Shown: positions 1 to 10,523, numbered from the stretch's first letter. The stretch: DNA of 64,000 bases from Corallococcus caeni (GCF_036245865.1 NZ_BTTW01000008.1:96396-160395); one strand, 5' to 3'. Translations and numbers: made by a program. Notes: generated from the sequence alone by a model not told the origin.

Positions 1-2114
1 TCCGGGTGCACGGCGCGCACGGTGCCCTCCACGTCCAGGAACTCGGTGGCCCGGCTCTGCACCACCATGGAGCCCAGCACGCCCGGGCGGCGCGTCTCAC
101 GCTGGAGCGAAAGCTCCACCTCCGCGACGTCGAGGATGGCGTCCACCACCAGCCCCACGCGCGTGTCCGAGTGCGTGGCGACGACGACGGACAGCGACTC
201 GCCGAACGCGACCTGGAGGCCTTGCGTGAGCCGCTCCGTCGCGCCGGGCCTCGCCTCCAGCACGGAGGCCACGCGCACCAGCGGCAGCAGCTGGCCGTGA
301 TAGCGCGCCATCTCCATGCCTCCGCTCAGCCGCTCCACGTCCGACGCGGGCAGCTCCTCCAGCCGCGCTACGCGGGACAGCGGGATGGCCACGCGGCCCT
401 CCGCGCCGGTGCGGCACAGCAGCACCCGCTCGCGCGCGTCCTCGGGGCGGGGCGCCTCCGGAGCGGCCTCGGGGACGACGACCTGGGCCTGCGCCTCCGC
501 GACGGTGCCCACGCGGCGGCCCAGCCCCATGGCGTCCAGGATGAGCGCCACGCGCCCGTCGCCCAGCACCGTCGCGCCGGCGTAGCAGGCCAGCCCCTTC
601 AGGTGCTTCCACAGCGGCTTGACGACGATCTCCTCCGTGTCGTGGATGGCGTCCACCCACAGCCCGAAGGCGCGCTCCCCGGCCTGCAACACGACGATGG
701 TGGCGCCCTCGTCCAGCTCCGGCGTCGCGGGCCCCACGCCCAGCTCGGAGGCCAGCACCACCAGCGGCAGCAGCTCTCCGCGCAGCCGGAGCACGCAGGC
801 GCCCTGGATGCGGCTGATGTCCCTGCGGGCCTGCGCCGGCTCCAGCCACACCACCTCCCGCAGGGAGGCCTGCGGCAGCGCGTAGCGGTCACCCCGGCAC
901 GTCACGAGCAGCGCCGGGATGATGGCCAGCGTGAGGGGAATCTTCAGGGTGAACGTCGTGCCCTGACCGGGCCGGCTGTGCACCTCCACGGTGCCGCCGA
1001 TGCGCTCCACCTGCGTGCGCACCACGTCCATGCCCACGCCCCGGCCGGACAGCGACGTGACGCGCTCCGCGGTGCTGAAGCCAGGCATGAAGATGAGCAT
1101 CAGCGCGTCCGCGTCCGGCAGCCGCGCCGCCTGGTCGGCCGTGAGCAGGCCGCGCTGCACCGCGACCTGCCGCACGCGCTGCACGTCGATGCCCGCGCCG
1201 TCGTCGGACATGCCCAGGTGCACGAGCCCGCCCTCGTGCGACGCGCTCAGCGTCAGGCACCCCACGGGCGGCTTGCCCGCCTCGCGGCGCTGCTCGGGCG
1301 TCTCCACGCCGTGGTCCACGGCGTTGCGCAACAGGTGGGTGAGCGGATCATGCAGCGCCTCCACCAGCGTCTTGTCCAGCTCCGTGTCCGCGCCGTGGAG
1401 CTGCAGCCGCACCTGCTTGCCGCACCCGTGCGCCAGCTCGCGCACGAGCCGGGGGAAGCGGTTCCACACCTGGCCCACCGGCTGGAGCCGCGTCTTCATC
1501 ACCACCTGCTGCACCTGCGTGGTGACGACGTCCAGCCGCTGCGACGCGGTCATCAGGTCCGCGCCCGGCGTGGGGGAGGCCGCGCACTGGAGGATGCGGT
1601 TGCGCGCCAGCACCAGCTCGCCCATCAGGTTCATCAGCCGGTCCAGCAGCGCCACGTCCACGCGCAGCTTGGAGTCCACGCCGGTGGCGGCGCCGCGCCA
1701 GGGCAGGGCGCCCGGGGGTGTCAGGGGCTCCGAAAGCTCCGCGGGGGCGTTCGCCGTCGCCGCGCCCGCCATGCGCGCGAGCAACGCGGCGTGGTCCACC
1801 GCGGGCTCCAGCCCCGTCGCCTCGATGTGCTCCAGCGCCGCGCGCGCCGCGTCCGCCAGCGCCAGCAGCGTGGACACGCGCTCGCGGTCCAGCACCAGGC
1901 GCCGGTCGCGCGCCAGGCCGAGCAGCTCCTCGGCGGCGTGCATCAGCGCCTCCAGGCGGGTGAAGCCCAGGAAGCCGCAGGTGCCCTTCACGGTGTGCAG
2001 GCCGCGGAACAGCTGCGCCAGCAGGGGCTGCGAGCCCGGCTGCGCCTCCAGCTCCAGCACCGTCGCCTCGATGCTCTGCACGTGCTCGCGGGACTCGAGG
2101 AGGAACTCCCGCAT
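1..2114 (-). CDS. CheA-like chemotaxis histidine kinase (Hpt, dimerization, HATPase_c, CheW-like domains); 3' end lies beyond the window start
   Basis: The minus-strand translation has an Hpt motif (HTVKGTCGFLGF) and HATPase G-boxes (DALMLIFMPGFSTAE, SGRGVGMDVV) followed by CheW-like segments. It is absent from the ORF track only because it runs off the window edge. ATG at ~2114; an alternative GTG lies at ~2144. Confidence 0.8.
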   Translation of the reverse strand, partial: MREFLLESREHVQSIEATVLELEAQPGSQPLLAQLFRGLHTVKGTCGFLGFTRLEALMHAAEELLGLARDRRLVLDRERVSTLLALADAARAALEHIEATGLEPAVDHAALLARMAGAATANAPAELSEPLTPPGALPWRGAATGVDSKLRVDVALLDRLMNLMGELVLARNRILQCAASPTPGADLMTASQRLDVVTTQVQQVVMKTRLQPVGQVWNRFPRLVRELAHGCGKQVRLQLHGADTELDKTLVEALHDPLTHLLRNAVDHGVETPEQRREAGKPPVGCLTLSASHEGGLVHLGMSDDGAGIDVQRVRQVAVQRGLLTADQAARLPDADALMLIFMPGFSTAERVTSLSGRGVGMDVVRTQVERIGGTVEVHSRPGQGTTFTLKIPLTLAIIPALLVTCRGDRYALPQASLREVVWLEPAQARRDISRIQGACVLRLRGELLPLVVLASELGVGPATPELDEGATIVVLQAGERAFGLWVDAIHDTEEIVVKPLWKHLKGLACYAGATVLGDGRVALILDAMGLGRRVGTVAEAQAQVVVPEAAPEAPRPEDARERVLLCRTGAEGRVAIPLSRVARLEELPASDVERLSGGMEMARYHGQLLPLVRVASVLEARPGATERLTQGLQVAFGESLSVVVATHSDTRVGLVVDAILDVAEVELSLQRETRRPGVLGSMVVQSRATEFLDVEGTVRAVHP

Positions 2115-2319
2115 CACGTCGTCCCAGCCCGGAGTTTCACTCACGGACAGGATGCCCTTTGACGGAAGTCCATGAGGACTGTATGTCTTTGATGGTACGG
2201 ATTTGACTGGCGCTGCCCATGGGCAACGGCCCCCCCGACCCCCCGGACTCCGGAGTCGAATCCCCAGCATGTCGCAAGGCGCGCGCCGCGAAAGCTGTCC
2301 CGGAGGGAAGGCGCCCTGG

Positions 2320-3243
2320 TCAGAAGAACAGGCGGAGCAGGTCGTACCGCGTCTCCGCCCCCAGCTTCCGGAGCAGGTTCGCCTGATGGAATTTTACGGT
2401 GCGCTCGGTAATCCCTAACACGGTGGAGATGTCGGTGGGCGAGCGGCCGAGCGCGAGATATCGCAACACATCGCCCTCCCGCTCCGACAGCCGCGCCGCG
2501 TTCGCCATCCTCCGCACCTTCGCCTCGAAGAGGCCGCTGAGCGTGGCGTCACCGATGGTGTGCACGCTGACGCGCGCGGTGCCGGCGCCCGTGGGCGTGG
2601 CGGTGACGACCTCGTAGCCGTCGCCGTGCTCGGAGGCCTGCCGCACGATGGTGTGGGGCCAGGACGCGGGGGACGTCGCCGTCAGCGGGCAGTCCAGGCA
2701 GGGCGCGTCGCGGTGGGCGAAGGCACCGAAGCAGGGCTGGCCCACCATCTCCTCCTGCTGTGCGTGCCCGGAGGTCCACACCGCCTTGAGCGTGCCGAAC
2801 GACGCCAGCTCGGTGGAGATTTCATAGTTCAGGTCCTGGTGGGGGCCGGAGGCGCGGGACGGCCCGGCGCTGGCGGTGGGCTCCGGGACGGAGAGCGGCG
2901 GTGACGCGCGCATGATGATGGCCACCAGCCGCAGCGGCGGCCGGCCCACGGCGGTCACGTCCAGCTCCACCGACAGCCGCTCGCCGCCGCGCGTGAGCAC
3001 CTGCGTCTCCAGCCGGTGCTCGGCGTGGGTGAAGACGGCCCGCAGCGCCTGGCCCACCTCGCGCCCGTGTTCCGGCGGCGTGCAGACCTCCGTCCAGCGG
3101 CGCCCCAGCAACTCCTCGCGGGGCCGGCCCAAGAGCGACGTGAAGGCGCCATTCGCCAGCTCGATGCGGCCGCGCCGGTCCATCACGACGATGGGGCGCG
3201 TGTCCCGCTCGGCGAGCAGGGATGCCGTCAACGACCAGTCCAT
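2320..3243 (-). CDS. PAS-domain LuxR/GerE-family transcriptional regulator
   Basis: N-terminal PAS-like region and a C-terminal LuxR-type HTH (ERTVKFHQANLLRKLG). Confidence 0.8.
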   Translation of the reverse strand: MDWSLTASLLAERDTRPIVVMDRRGRIELANGAFTSLLGRPREELLGRRWTEVCTPPEHGREVGQALRAVFTHAEHRLETQVLTRGGERLSVELDVTAVGRPPLRLVAIIMRASPPLSVPEPTASAGPSRASGPHQDLNYEISTELASFGTLKAVWTSGHAQQEEMVGQPCFGAFAHRDAPCLDCPLTATSPASWPHTIVRQASEHGDGYEVVTATPTGAGTARVSVHTIGDATLSGLFEAKVRRMANAARLSEREGDVLRYLALGRSPTDISTVLGITERTVKFHQANLLRKLGAETRYDLLRLFF

Positions 3244-3534
3244 GATGCCCCCCAGCCGGCCGTTGCAACCACGGTCAAGCTTTACAGATGTAGTGCGGAA
3301 ATCCTTGGTTTGAATAGCTTACAGCGCTTCGCCTGCGTTTGCATTTGGACGCCCCGCCAATCACAGACCGTCTCGTTGGGAGGGAGACAGGCCGTGCGTG
3401 CCCGTCCGCCTGGAGGGCGTGCCAGAAACCTGGAACGTCGCCCTGATTCCAGGCAACCTGCTGCATCGCCTGGGCTCCGGGATTACTCCCTGGGGCCCAC
3501 CTCGGTTTTTCCGCCTGGGAGAGGAGCTGAACGC

Positions 3535-4593
3535 ATGAGCGCATCGCGACGACCCGCGCAGTTCGACCTCTTCACCGGCGCGGTGGAGGAGCCCCCCGTG
3601 TCCTCACGGCGCCGGACCCAGCCGGTAGGGCCCGCCGAGCCGTCCGACAGCCTGCGCATGCTGGGCGAGCAGCTCCCCCAGGGCGTCTACCTGGGCACGT
3701 CGTCGTGGACCTTCCCGGGCTGGAACGGCCTCGTCTACGACCACGAGGCCAGCACCACCCAGCTGGCGCGCGAGGGCCTGGCCGCCTATGCGCACCACCC
3801 GGTGCTGCGCACGGTGGGCATCGACCGGACGTTCTATGCGCCCGTGCCGGCGGCCACCTTCACCGAGTACGCCCAGCAGGTACCGGACGGCTTCCGCTTC
3901 CTGGTGAAGGCCCACGAGGCCTGCACGCTGGCCCGCTTCCCCGTGCACGAGCGCTACGGCGCGCACCGGGGGCAGGTGAACGACCGGTTCCTCCAGGCGG
4001 CCTACGCGATGGACCACGTGGTGGCGCCGTTCGTGGAGGGGCTGGGGGACAAGGCCGGCCCGCTCGTCTTCCAGTTCCCACCGCAGGACCCCGCGGCGCT
4101 GGGCGGCGCGGGCCGCTTCGTGGAGCGGCTGCACGCGTTCTTCTCCGCGCTGCCGAAAGGCCCGCTGTACGCGGTGGAGGTCCGCAACGAGGAGCTGCTC
4201 ACGGAGGGCTTCGCGCAGGCGCTCGCGGACACGGGCGTGAGTCCGGTGCTCGCGGTGTGGGCCCACATGCCGCCCGTCGCGCGGCAGGCGAAGCTCACGC
4301 GCGCCTTCGAGGCTCGCGCGGTGGTGGTGCGCTGGATGCTGCCGCCGAACCTCGGCTACGAGGAGGCCTACGCCCGCTACGCGCCCTTCAACCGGCTGGT
4401 GGATGAGGACGTGGGCACCCGCGACGTGCTGGCCCGCGTGTGCATGGCGGCCGTGCGGCGCGAGCGTCCCGTCTTCGTGACCATCAACAACAAGGCGGAG
4501 GGCAGCGCGCCCCTGTCCGCCGTCCGGCTCGCGGAACGCGTCGTGTCACACAAGGAGGAGGGCGGCCAGCGAAGCGTTGCTCACGCAACATGA
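3535..4593 (+). CDS. DUF72 (UPF0759/YecE-like) family protein
   Basis: Matches DUF72-type conserved blocks (LGTSSWTFPGW, GIDRTFY). ATG at 3535 follows a GGAGAGGAG Shine-Dalgarno-like sequence. The upstream part of the 3016..4593 ORF is judged non-coding. Confidence 0.75.
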   Translation: MSASRRPAQFDLFTGAVEEPPVSSRRRTQPVGPAEPSDSLRMLGEQLPQGVYLGTSSWTFPGWNGLVYDHEASTTQLAREGLAAYAHHPVLRTVGIDRTFYAPVPAATFTEYAQQVPDGFRFLVKAHEACTLARFPVHERYGAHRGQVNDRFLQAAYAMDHVVAPFVEGLGDKAGPLVFQFPPQDPAALGGAGRFVERLHAFFSALPKGPLYAVEVRNEELLTEGFAQALADTGVSPVLAVWAHMPPVARQAKLTRAFEARAVVVRWMLPPNLGYEEAYARYAPFNRLVDEDVGTRDVLARVCMAAVRRERPVFVTINNKAEGSAPLSAVRLAERVVSHKEEGGQRSVAHAT

Positions 4594-4631
4594 CTTGCGC
4601 GCGAGCACGCCGCTTGCTTACGTGAAAGGCC

Positions 4632-4943
4632 ATGAAGGCGATGACCCTGGCTGCCCTGCTGATGCAGATGACCTCCGCCGGTGGTGCCGGCTCGGAAGGC
4701 AAGCGGGCGGGCAACCACGTCGACGAGGCGAACGCCCACCCGCAGGGCGCGGTGACGGAGGAGATCACCTCGCTCAAGGGGGAGATCACCAGCCTCAAGG
4801 AACAGTTCCGGCTCGCGCGCGAGCGCCAGCGTCTGGCGGCCGAGGAGAAGGCCCGCCTGGAGGAGGCCCGCTACGGTGTCACGCCGAAAGCCACTCCCGC
4901 CCCTGCCGCCGGAGGGTCCGGAGCCTCCGCCCACGCTCGATGA
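4632..4943 (+). CDS. Small hypothetical protein with a hydrophobic N-terminus and a coiled-coil-like repeat (EEITSLKGEITSLKE)
   Basis: ORF with high GC3. It overlaps the next gene by 68 nt. No recognisable family. Confidence 0.35.
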   Translation: MKAMTLAALLMQMTSAGGAGSEGKRAGNHVDEANAHPQGAVTEEITSLKGEITSLKEQFRLARERQRLAAEEKARLEEARYGVTPKATPAPAAGGSGASAHAR

Positions 4944-5214
4944 GCTGGGAGCGGTAGAAATTCCGGTCGATGGAAACCTCGACCTGCATCTCTTCCAGCC
5001 TCGCGAGGTGAAGGAGCTCGTCACCGAGTACCTCTGGGCCTGCCGCCAGAAGGGCGTGCTGGACGTGCGCATCATCCACGGCAAGGGGACGGGCGCGCTG
5101 CGGCGCACCGTGCAGTCCCTGCTGCCCACGCTGCCGGAAGTGGAAGGCTTCCAGACCGCCTCCGAGGCGGACGGAGGCTGGGGCGCGACGTGGGTACGGC
5201 TCAAGCCCCTGTAA
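4876..5214 (+). CDS. Smr-domain protein (MutS2 C-terminal-like small nuclease/RNA-binding domain)
   Basis: Smr signature (DLHLF, RIIHGKGTGALRRTV). The start is a GTG (track position 4876). The start assignment is uncertain. Confidence 0.6.
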   Translation: MSRRKPLPPLPPEGPEPPPTLDELGAVEIPVDGNLDLHLFQPREVKELVTEYLWACRQKGVLDVRIIHGKGTGALRRTVQSLLPTLPEVEGFQTASEADGGWGATWVRLKPL

Positions 5215-5241
5215 CGGGGCCCTGCTCGGAGCGCAGAGGCT

Positions 5242-8070
5242 TCAGGACAGCCAGAAGTACGCGGAGGCGATGAGGGTGCGCTTCTCCGTCACGCGCCCCT
5301 TGTTGGCCAGCTCCGCCAGCTGCCGGTCCTTGGAGGCGTAGCGCTTCTCCTCTTCATTGCGCAGCGACGCCAGCTTGCGGCGGTAGTCGCGCTCCAGGCG
5401 GTCCGAGTGCGCCCGCGCCTTCGCGCGCTCCGCGACGTCCTCGATGCCGGAGACGTCCTTGCGCGCGTCGAACCACGCCTGGCGCGCGGCCTCCACCACC
5501 TCGCGCGACTCCATCAGGCAGTCCTCGACGTAGCGGTCCGCGCGCTCCTTGGCCTTGTCCAGCTCCAACGCGTTGCGCCGTTCCGCGGCCCGAATCAGCT
5601 CATCCTTGGCGGTCATGAGCGACTGCTCTTGCATGAGCTGGACCGACACCGGCGCGGGCTGCCGTCGCTTCTCCTCCTTGGCGTCGAGCTTCGTGAAGTG
5701 GACACCGTCCGTCAGCGGCAGGGCCCGGAAGCCGCCGTCCCGGTCCTTCACCAGCACCAGGTGGACCAGCTTCTCCTCCGGCTTGAGGCCGGTGGTCTCG
5801 AACTTGTAGACGAACCACCAGCCCTCGCTGCCGGCCAGCCGCGCCAGCCGTGAAGGCAGGCCCGCCGCGTCCAGCTGCAGGTAGCTGACGGTGTCCTGGG
5901 TGCGGTCGCGCACCGCGTAGGCGGCCTTGGCCACCTGGAGCCGTCCGGAGGTGCGGCTGCCCAGCACGGAGCCGGTGAGCGCCTTCGCCTCCTGCTGGCG
6001 CTTGGCCACCACTTCCTTGGCCGCGTCTCCCGCCACGCGCAGCCGGCGGCGCACGTCGCCGTCGAAGCGCTCCAGCACCACGGAGCGCATCGACGTCATG
6101 CGCTGGTTGATGCTGCCCTCCAGCTCCTCGCGCAGCTTGTCGAAGGCGACGTTGATGTCCTTCGGGTCGCGGCAGGACTGGTAGATGTCCAGCACGCGGC
6201 GCTCGAAGTCGACGCCGCTCTCCAGCGCGCCCAGGATTTCATCCGACGCGCCGAACACGCCGTCGAAGAGGTTGAGCTTCTTCTCCAAGAGCTCGAACAG
6301 GCGCGCGTCCGCCGCGTTCTGCCGGTTGAGGAAGTTCACCACCAGCACGTCGCGCTGCTGGCCGTAGCGGTGGCACCGGCCGATGCGCTGCTCCACGCGC
6401 TGCGGGTTCCACGGCAGGTCGTAGTTCACCACCAGGTTGCAGAACTGGAGGTTGAGGCCCTCCGCGCCCGCTTCCGTGCAGATGAGGATCTGCGTCTTGT
6501 GGCGGAACTCCTCCACCAGCGCCCGGCGCTCCTCGGGCGTGCCGCCGGCGTCGCCGGACAGGAGGGAAATCTTGTCCTTGTAACCGTGCTCCGACAGCAG
6601 GTTGAAGAGGTACTGCTGCGTGCGCTTGGACTCCGTGAAGATGAGCGCCTTCTCCGGCCAGGAGTGCGTGCGCATCACCGCGAAGGTGCGGTCCAGCGCG
6701 CGCTTGAGGGCCTCACCCTTGGCGTTGATGCGGATGGAGTCCGCGAGGTCCGCGTACTGGCGCAGCTCCCAGACCTCCTGCTCCAGCGTGCGGACCTGGG
6801 GCGCCTTGGCGGGGTCGTCGGACCACTCCTCGCCTTCCTCCACGAACTGCTTGGCCTCTTCCGGCTCGAAGAGCGACAGGGCCTGCTGTCCCAGCCGCGC
6901 GGCCATCAGGCGCTTCTCCAGGTTCTCCGACAGCCGCCGCAGCGTGGGCGCGATGGCGAACGTGGAGGAGGCCAGCAGCTTGCGGTAGCACAGCGTCAGG
7001 AGCGTCTTCTTGCCCGGCTCGATGGCCGCGGCCTCCGAGCGCTGCAGGTACTCACTGACCTTCTCGTAGAGGTCGTGCTCCTGGGGCGACGGGTGGAAGT
7101 CCTCCACGATGCTGCGGCGGTTGGTGTAGCGGACGTATTCGCGCACCTGCCGGCGCAGCGTGCGCTGCACCACCGGAGCCAGCCGCTCCTTCAGTTCGCA
7201 CGCGGCGGCCTCCGTCATGCCGCCGCCCTCGTCGGCGCGGTAGCGGCTGCGGAAGGCGTGCTCGGGGCCGAGGATCTGCTCGTCCAGCAGCGACATCAGG
7301 CCGAACAGCTCCATCAGGTCGTTCTGGAGCGGGGTGGCGGTGAGCAGCAGCTTGGGGCGGCCCGCCAGCGACGCGCGCAGCGCCTGGCCCGTCTTGTTGT
7401 TGGCCCGGTGCGCGTTACGCAGCCGGTGGGCCTCGTCGATGATGACCAGGTCCCAGGGAATCTCCGACACGAGCGCGGACTTGTTCGCGGCGAACGGGTG
7501 CGAACAGATGACGGGGAAGGGCTGGTCGAAGCAGTTGTTGTGCTTCTTCACGTCGCGGCCGTCGACGAGGACGCTGTCCAGGTCGAACTTCTCACGCAGC
7601 TCCGCGTTCCACTGCGCGCGCAGCACCGCCGGGGCCAGGATGAGGATGCGGTTCTTGCCCTCGGCCATGAGCTGGGCGACGACGAGGCCCGCCTCGATGG
7701 TCTTCCCCAGGCCCACCTCGTCCGCCAGCATGCAGCCGCCGCGCGACAGCGCGTCCAGCGCGAACATCGCCGCTTCGACCTGGTGGGGGTTGAGGTCCAC
7801 CTTCGCTTCGGCCAGCGCGTTGGCCAGCCGCTGCTGCGTGTCACCGCTGCGCGCCAGCAACTCCTCGGCGAGGAGCCGCTCGTGGAAGGGCGTCAGCCCC
7901 GCCTCCACCAGCTCCTCCGCGGCGCGGGCCGCGATGGCCGCGGCGTCCGCCTCCACTTCCAGCTTCAAACCCCTCGCTACCTCCGCCAAGTCCCGCCTCC
8001 CGTCCGGTTTGGAGCGTGCGCGCGTGCGCGCGAACAGTTGAGGCGCGCCATTCTGGGCAGCGATCCGCAT
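5242..8070 (-). CDS. SNF2/HepA-family helicase (SNF2_N plus Helicase_C) with a ~330-aa C-terminal extension
   Basis: Walker A DEVGLGKTIEAG, DEAHRLRN and LLLTATPLQN motifs, and helicase motif VI QRIGRCHRYGQ. ATG at 8070 is in frame with the track ORF. The track's 1444-aa form is an artefactual upstream read-through that overlaps the DUF58 gene in another frame. Confidence 0.85.
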   Translation of the reverse strand: MRIAAQNGAPQLFARTRARSKPDGRRDLAEVARGLKLEVEADAAAIAARAAEELVEAGLTPFHERLLAEELLARSGDTQQRLANALAEAKVDLNPHQVEAAMFALDALSRGGCMLADEVGLGKTIEAGLVVAQLMAEGKNRILILAPAVLRAQWNAELREKFDLDSVLVDGRDVKKHNNCFDQPFPVICSHPFAANKSALVSEIPWDLVIIDEAHRLRNAHRANNKTGQALRASLAGRPKLLLTATPLQNDLMELFGLMSLLDEQILGPEHAFRSRYRADEGGGMTEAAACELKERLAPVVQRTLRRQVREYVRYTNRRSIVEDFHPSPQEHDLYEKVSEYLQRSEAAAIEPGKKTLLTLCYRKLLASSTFAIAPTLRRLSENLEKRLMAARLGQQALSLFEPEEAKQFVEEGEEWSDDPAKAPQVRTLEQEVWELRQYADLADSIRINAKGEALKRALDRTFAVMRTHSWPEKALIFTESKRTQQYLFNLLSEHGYKDKISLLSGDAGGTPEERRALVEEFRHKTQILICTEAGAEGLNLQFCNLVVNYDLPWNPQRVEQRIGRCHRYGQQRDVLVVNFLNRQNAADARLFELLEKKLNLFDGVFGASDEILGALESGVDFERRVLDIYQSCRDPKDINVAFDKLREELEGSINQRMTSMRSVVLERFDGDVRRRLRVAGDAAKEVVAKRQQEAKALTGSVLGSRTSGRLQVAKAAYAVRDRTQDTVSYLQLDAAGLPSRLARLAGSEGWWFVYKFETTGLKPEEKLVHLVLVKDRDGGFRALPLTDGVHFTKLDAKEEKRRQPAPVSVQLMQEQSLMTAKDELIRAAERRNALELDKAKERADRYVEDCLMESREVVEAARQAWFDARKDVSGIEDVAERAKARAHSDRLERDYRRKLASLRNEEEKRYASKDRQLAELANKGRVTEKRTLIASAYFWLS

Positions 8071-8204
8071 CTGTAAAGGGGGTCCTCCGCGAGGCCGAAA
8101 ACTCGGCCTCCGCGCGATTGGCAAGCGTGGCGTTCGGCGAAACGCCACGCGCGTGCGCGTGCACCGGAGTGTTCCAAAAGGCTTGACGAATGCGACAGGA
8201 CTCC

Positions 8205-9533
8205 TCAGAGCCGCCCGCGCGCCTTCACGTCCAGGTACACGTTGAGTGCAGCGGCGCCGAAGCCGCGTGCCGGTGCGCGCACCACCAGCGCCCCCGCGTC
8301 GCGCAGCGTGGTGGCGGTGCGGCGGTACTCGGCCTCCATGCGGGCGGCGGCCTGGCGCGCGTAGGCGGAAGGGGCGTCGCCGGGGACGTCGGTGGCGGCG
8401 GCCTCCAGGTCCTCGTCCAGCAGCGACGCGACGACGGGCAGGTGCCGGGGGCGCAGGGCCAGCGTGCGCGTGAGGAGCGCGGCGGACGCGTCCGGATCCA
8501 CCAGGTCGGTGAAGAGCACCACCAGCGTGCGGCGCGTCTGGCGGGCGAACGCGAAGTCGAACGCGCGGCCGTAGTCGCTCTCCTCCAGGCCGGCCTCCGC
8601 GCGGTAGAGCGACTCGGTGATGAGGCGCAGGTGCTCCGCGCCCTTGCGCGGAGGCAGGAAGGCGCGCACGTCGCTGGCGAACGCGAGCACGCCCACCACG
8701 TCCCCCGCGTCCAGGCTCACGCGCGCCAGCCGCAGCGCCGCGTCCACCGCGTGGTCCAGCTTCCTGCGCCCCTGCACCCGGCCCGCCATGTGACGGCCGC
8801 AGTCCAATAGCAGCAGCACCGGCTGGTTGCGCTCCGGCTGCCACGTGCGCACCAGCGTGCGGCCATGGCGCGCGGAGGACTTCCAGTCGATGTGGCGGTA
8901 GTCGTCTCCGGGGCGGTACTCGCGCAGCGATTCGAACTCGCGGCCCTCCACCGACTTGCGCAGGAGCGTGCGCGCGGACACGGCCTCCGACGCGCGCGCC
9001 AGCGTCAGCGCCTCGCGCGACAGGGCGCTCAGGTCCGGATACACCTTCACGTCGCGAGCCGCGGGCAGCTTCACCTGCCGCGAGCACAGGCCCAGCGGGC
9101 CCATCAGGCGCAGGTTCACGTCGCCAAAGCGCGCGTCGCCACGGGCGGGAGGACGCACGCGGTACGTCAGCCGCGTGGACGCGCCGCCCGCCTCCAGCGT
9201 GAAGGGCTGCCGGTGGCCGTGGCTCTCCACGTCCAGGGGCGGCTCGTCGCGCAGCTCGCCGCGCACGGGCCGGTCCGTGCGCGACCGCAGCTCCCAGCGC
9301 ACGGGGTTGTCCACGCCGGAGGAGAGGATGGGCTCCACCTCGCGGCGCGCCTCCAGGTCTTGGGCACGGGGCGCGCGCAGGAAGTCCACCGCGCACAGCA
9401 GCAGGACGGCCACGTCCACCGCGAGCGCCAGCCACCCGAAGGCGGGGCTCGCCACCGCGAGCGCGGCGGGCACGAGCGCCCCGGCGAACAGCGCCACGGC
9501 GAGGCCGCTGGGGACGGGACGCCCGAGGCTCAC
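8205..9533 (-). CDS. DUF58 (vWA-like) domain protein, MoxR-associated
   Basis: DUF58 core ([24 protein letters not shown]) with two N-terminal TM helices. It overlaps the moxR stop by 4 nt. Confidence 0.8.
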   Translation of the reverse strand: MSLGRPVPSGLAVALFAGALVPAALAVASPAFGWLALAVDVAVLLLCAVDFLRAPRAQDLEARREVEPILSSGVDNPVRWELRSRTDRPVRGELRDEPPLDVESHGHRQPFTLEAGGASTRLTYRVRPPARGDARFGDVNLRLMGPLGLCSRQVKLPAARDVKVYPDLSALSREALTLARASEAVSARTLLRKSVEGREFESLREYRPGDDYRHIDWKSSARHGRTLVRTWQPERNQPVLLLLDCGRHMAGRVQGRRKLDHAVDAALRLARVSLDAGDVVGVLAFASDVRAFLPPRKGAEHLRLITESLYRAEAGLEESDYGRAFDFAFARQTRRTLVVLFTDLVDPDASAALLTRTLALRPRHLPVVASLLDEDLEAAATDVPGDAPSAYARQAAARMEAEYRRTATTLRDAGALVVRAPARGFGAAALNVYLDVKARGRL

Positions 9534-10465
9534 CGGGGCACTCGCACCCGTTCGAGCATCTGCTTGAGCACGTCATCCGCGGTGACGCCCTCCACCTCCG
9601 CCTCGGCCTTGAGGAGGAGGCGGTGGTTGAGGACGCCAGGCGTGACGGCCTTCACGTCGTCCGGGGTGACGAAGTCGGTGCCCCGCAGCGCCGCGGCCGC
9701 CTTGGCCGCCGCGAGCAGGGCCTGCGCGGCGCGGGGGCTCGCGCCCAGCCGCACGCGGGGGTGGGCGCGGGTGTCGCGCACGAGCTGCACGACGTACTGG
9801 AGGATGGAGTCGTCGCACGCGACGCGGGCCGCGCGGTCCTGAAGCTCCGTCAACGTGGCCGCGTCCAGCACGCGGGACACGCCGGGCGGGCGGCCCTCGC
9901 GCTGGTGGAAGGCACGGAGCAGCGCCGTCTCCGAGTCTCCGTCCGGGTAGCCCACGCGCACGCGCATGAGGAAGCGGTCGAGCTGCGCCTCGGGGAGGGG
10001 ATAGGTGCCCTCCAGCTCCAGCGGATTCTGCGTGGCGACGACGAAGAAGTGCGGCGGCAGCGCGTGCGTGACGCCGTCGATGGTGACCTGCCGCTCCTCC
10101 ATGGCCTCCAGCAGCGCGGCCTGCGTCTTGGGCGGGGTGCGGTTGATCTCATCCGCGACCAGGACCTCCGTGAAGACGGGGCCCTTCATCAGGCGGAAGG
10201 CCTGCGACTGCGGCTGGAAGACGTTGGTGCCCAGGATGTCCGCGGGCATCAGGTCCGGCGTGAACTGCACGCGGGAGAAGGACAGGCCCAGCGCCCCCGC
10301 CATGCTGCGCGCGGTGAGCGTCTTGGCGACGCCGGGCACGCCCTCCAGCAGCACGTGGCCGCGCGCGAGGAAGGCCGTCACCAGGTCGGCCAGCACGCGG
10401 GGCTGGCCCACGACGGCCGAGCCCAGCGCGTCGAGGAGGCGGGAGAGGGGCGTGGCGTCGGACAT
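9530..10465 (-). CDS. MoxR-family AAA+ ATPase
   Basis: Walker [32 protein letters not shown], and a C-terminal MoxR lid domain. Confidence 0.9.
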   Translation of the reverse strand: MSDATPLSRLLDALGSAVVGQPRVLADLVTAFLARGHVLLEGVPGVAKTLTARSMAGALGLSFSRVQFTPDLMPADILGTNVFQPQSQAFRLMKGPVFTEVLVADEINRTPPKTQAALLEAMEERQVTIDGVTHALPPHFFVVATQNPLELEGTYPLPEAQLDRFLMRVRVGYPDGDSETALLRAFHQREGRPPGVSRVLDAATLTELQDRAARVACDDSILQYVVQLVRDTRAHPRVRLGASPRAAQALLAAAKAAAALRGTDFVTPDDVKAVTPGVLNHRLLLKAEAEVEGVTADDVLKQMLERVRVPR

Positions 10466-10523
10466 GGTGGCCGGCGACGGTAGCCCGCCTCCCGTCCAGC
10501 GAGGCAGCGAAATCCTCGGGGCC

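Noticed and set aside
6-2162. 718-aa plus-strand ORF
   Set aside because: It lies antisense to a well-supported CheA gene. The amino-acid composition is typical of high-GC artefact ORFs and it has no domain signatures.
3244-3534. Sigma54-like element GGCAACCTGCTGCAT in the divergent region before the DUF72 gene
   Set aside because: The GG-to-GC spacing is off by one from the canonical -24/-12 geometry. Only a weak CTGGAA-N11-TTCCAG dyad remains, so it is not called.
8071-9576. N-terminal 500 aa of the 1444-aa minus-strand ORF (track 5242..9576)
   Set aside because: It overlaps the DUF58 gene on the same strand in another frame and has no domain content. The helicase has a credible ATG at 8070 after a 134-nt gap.
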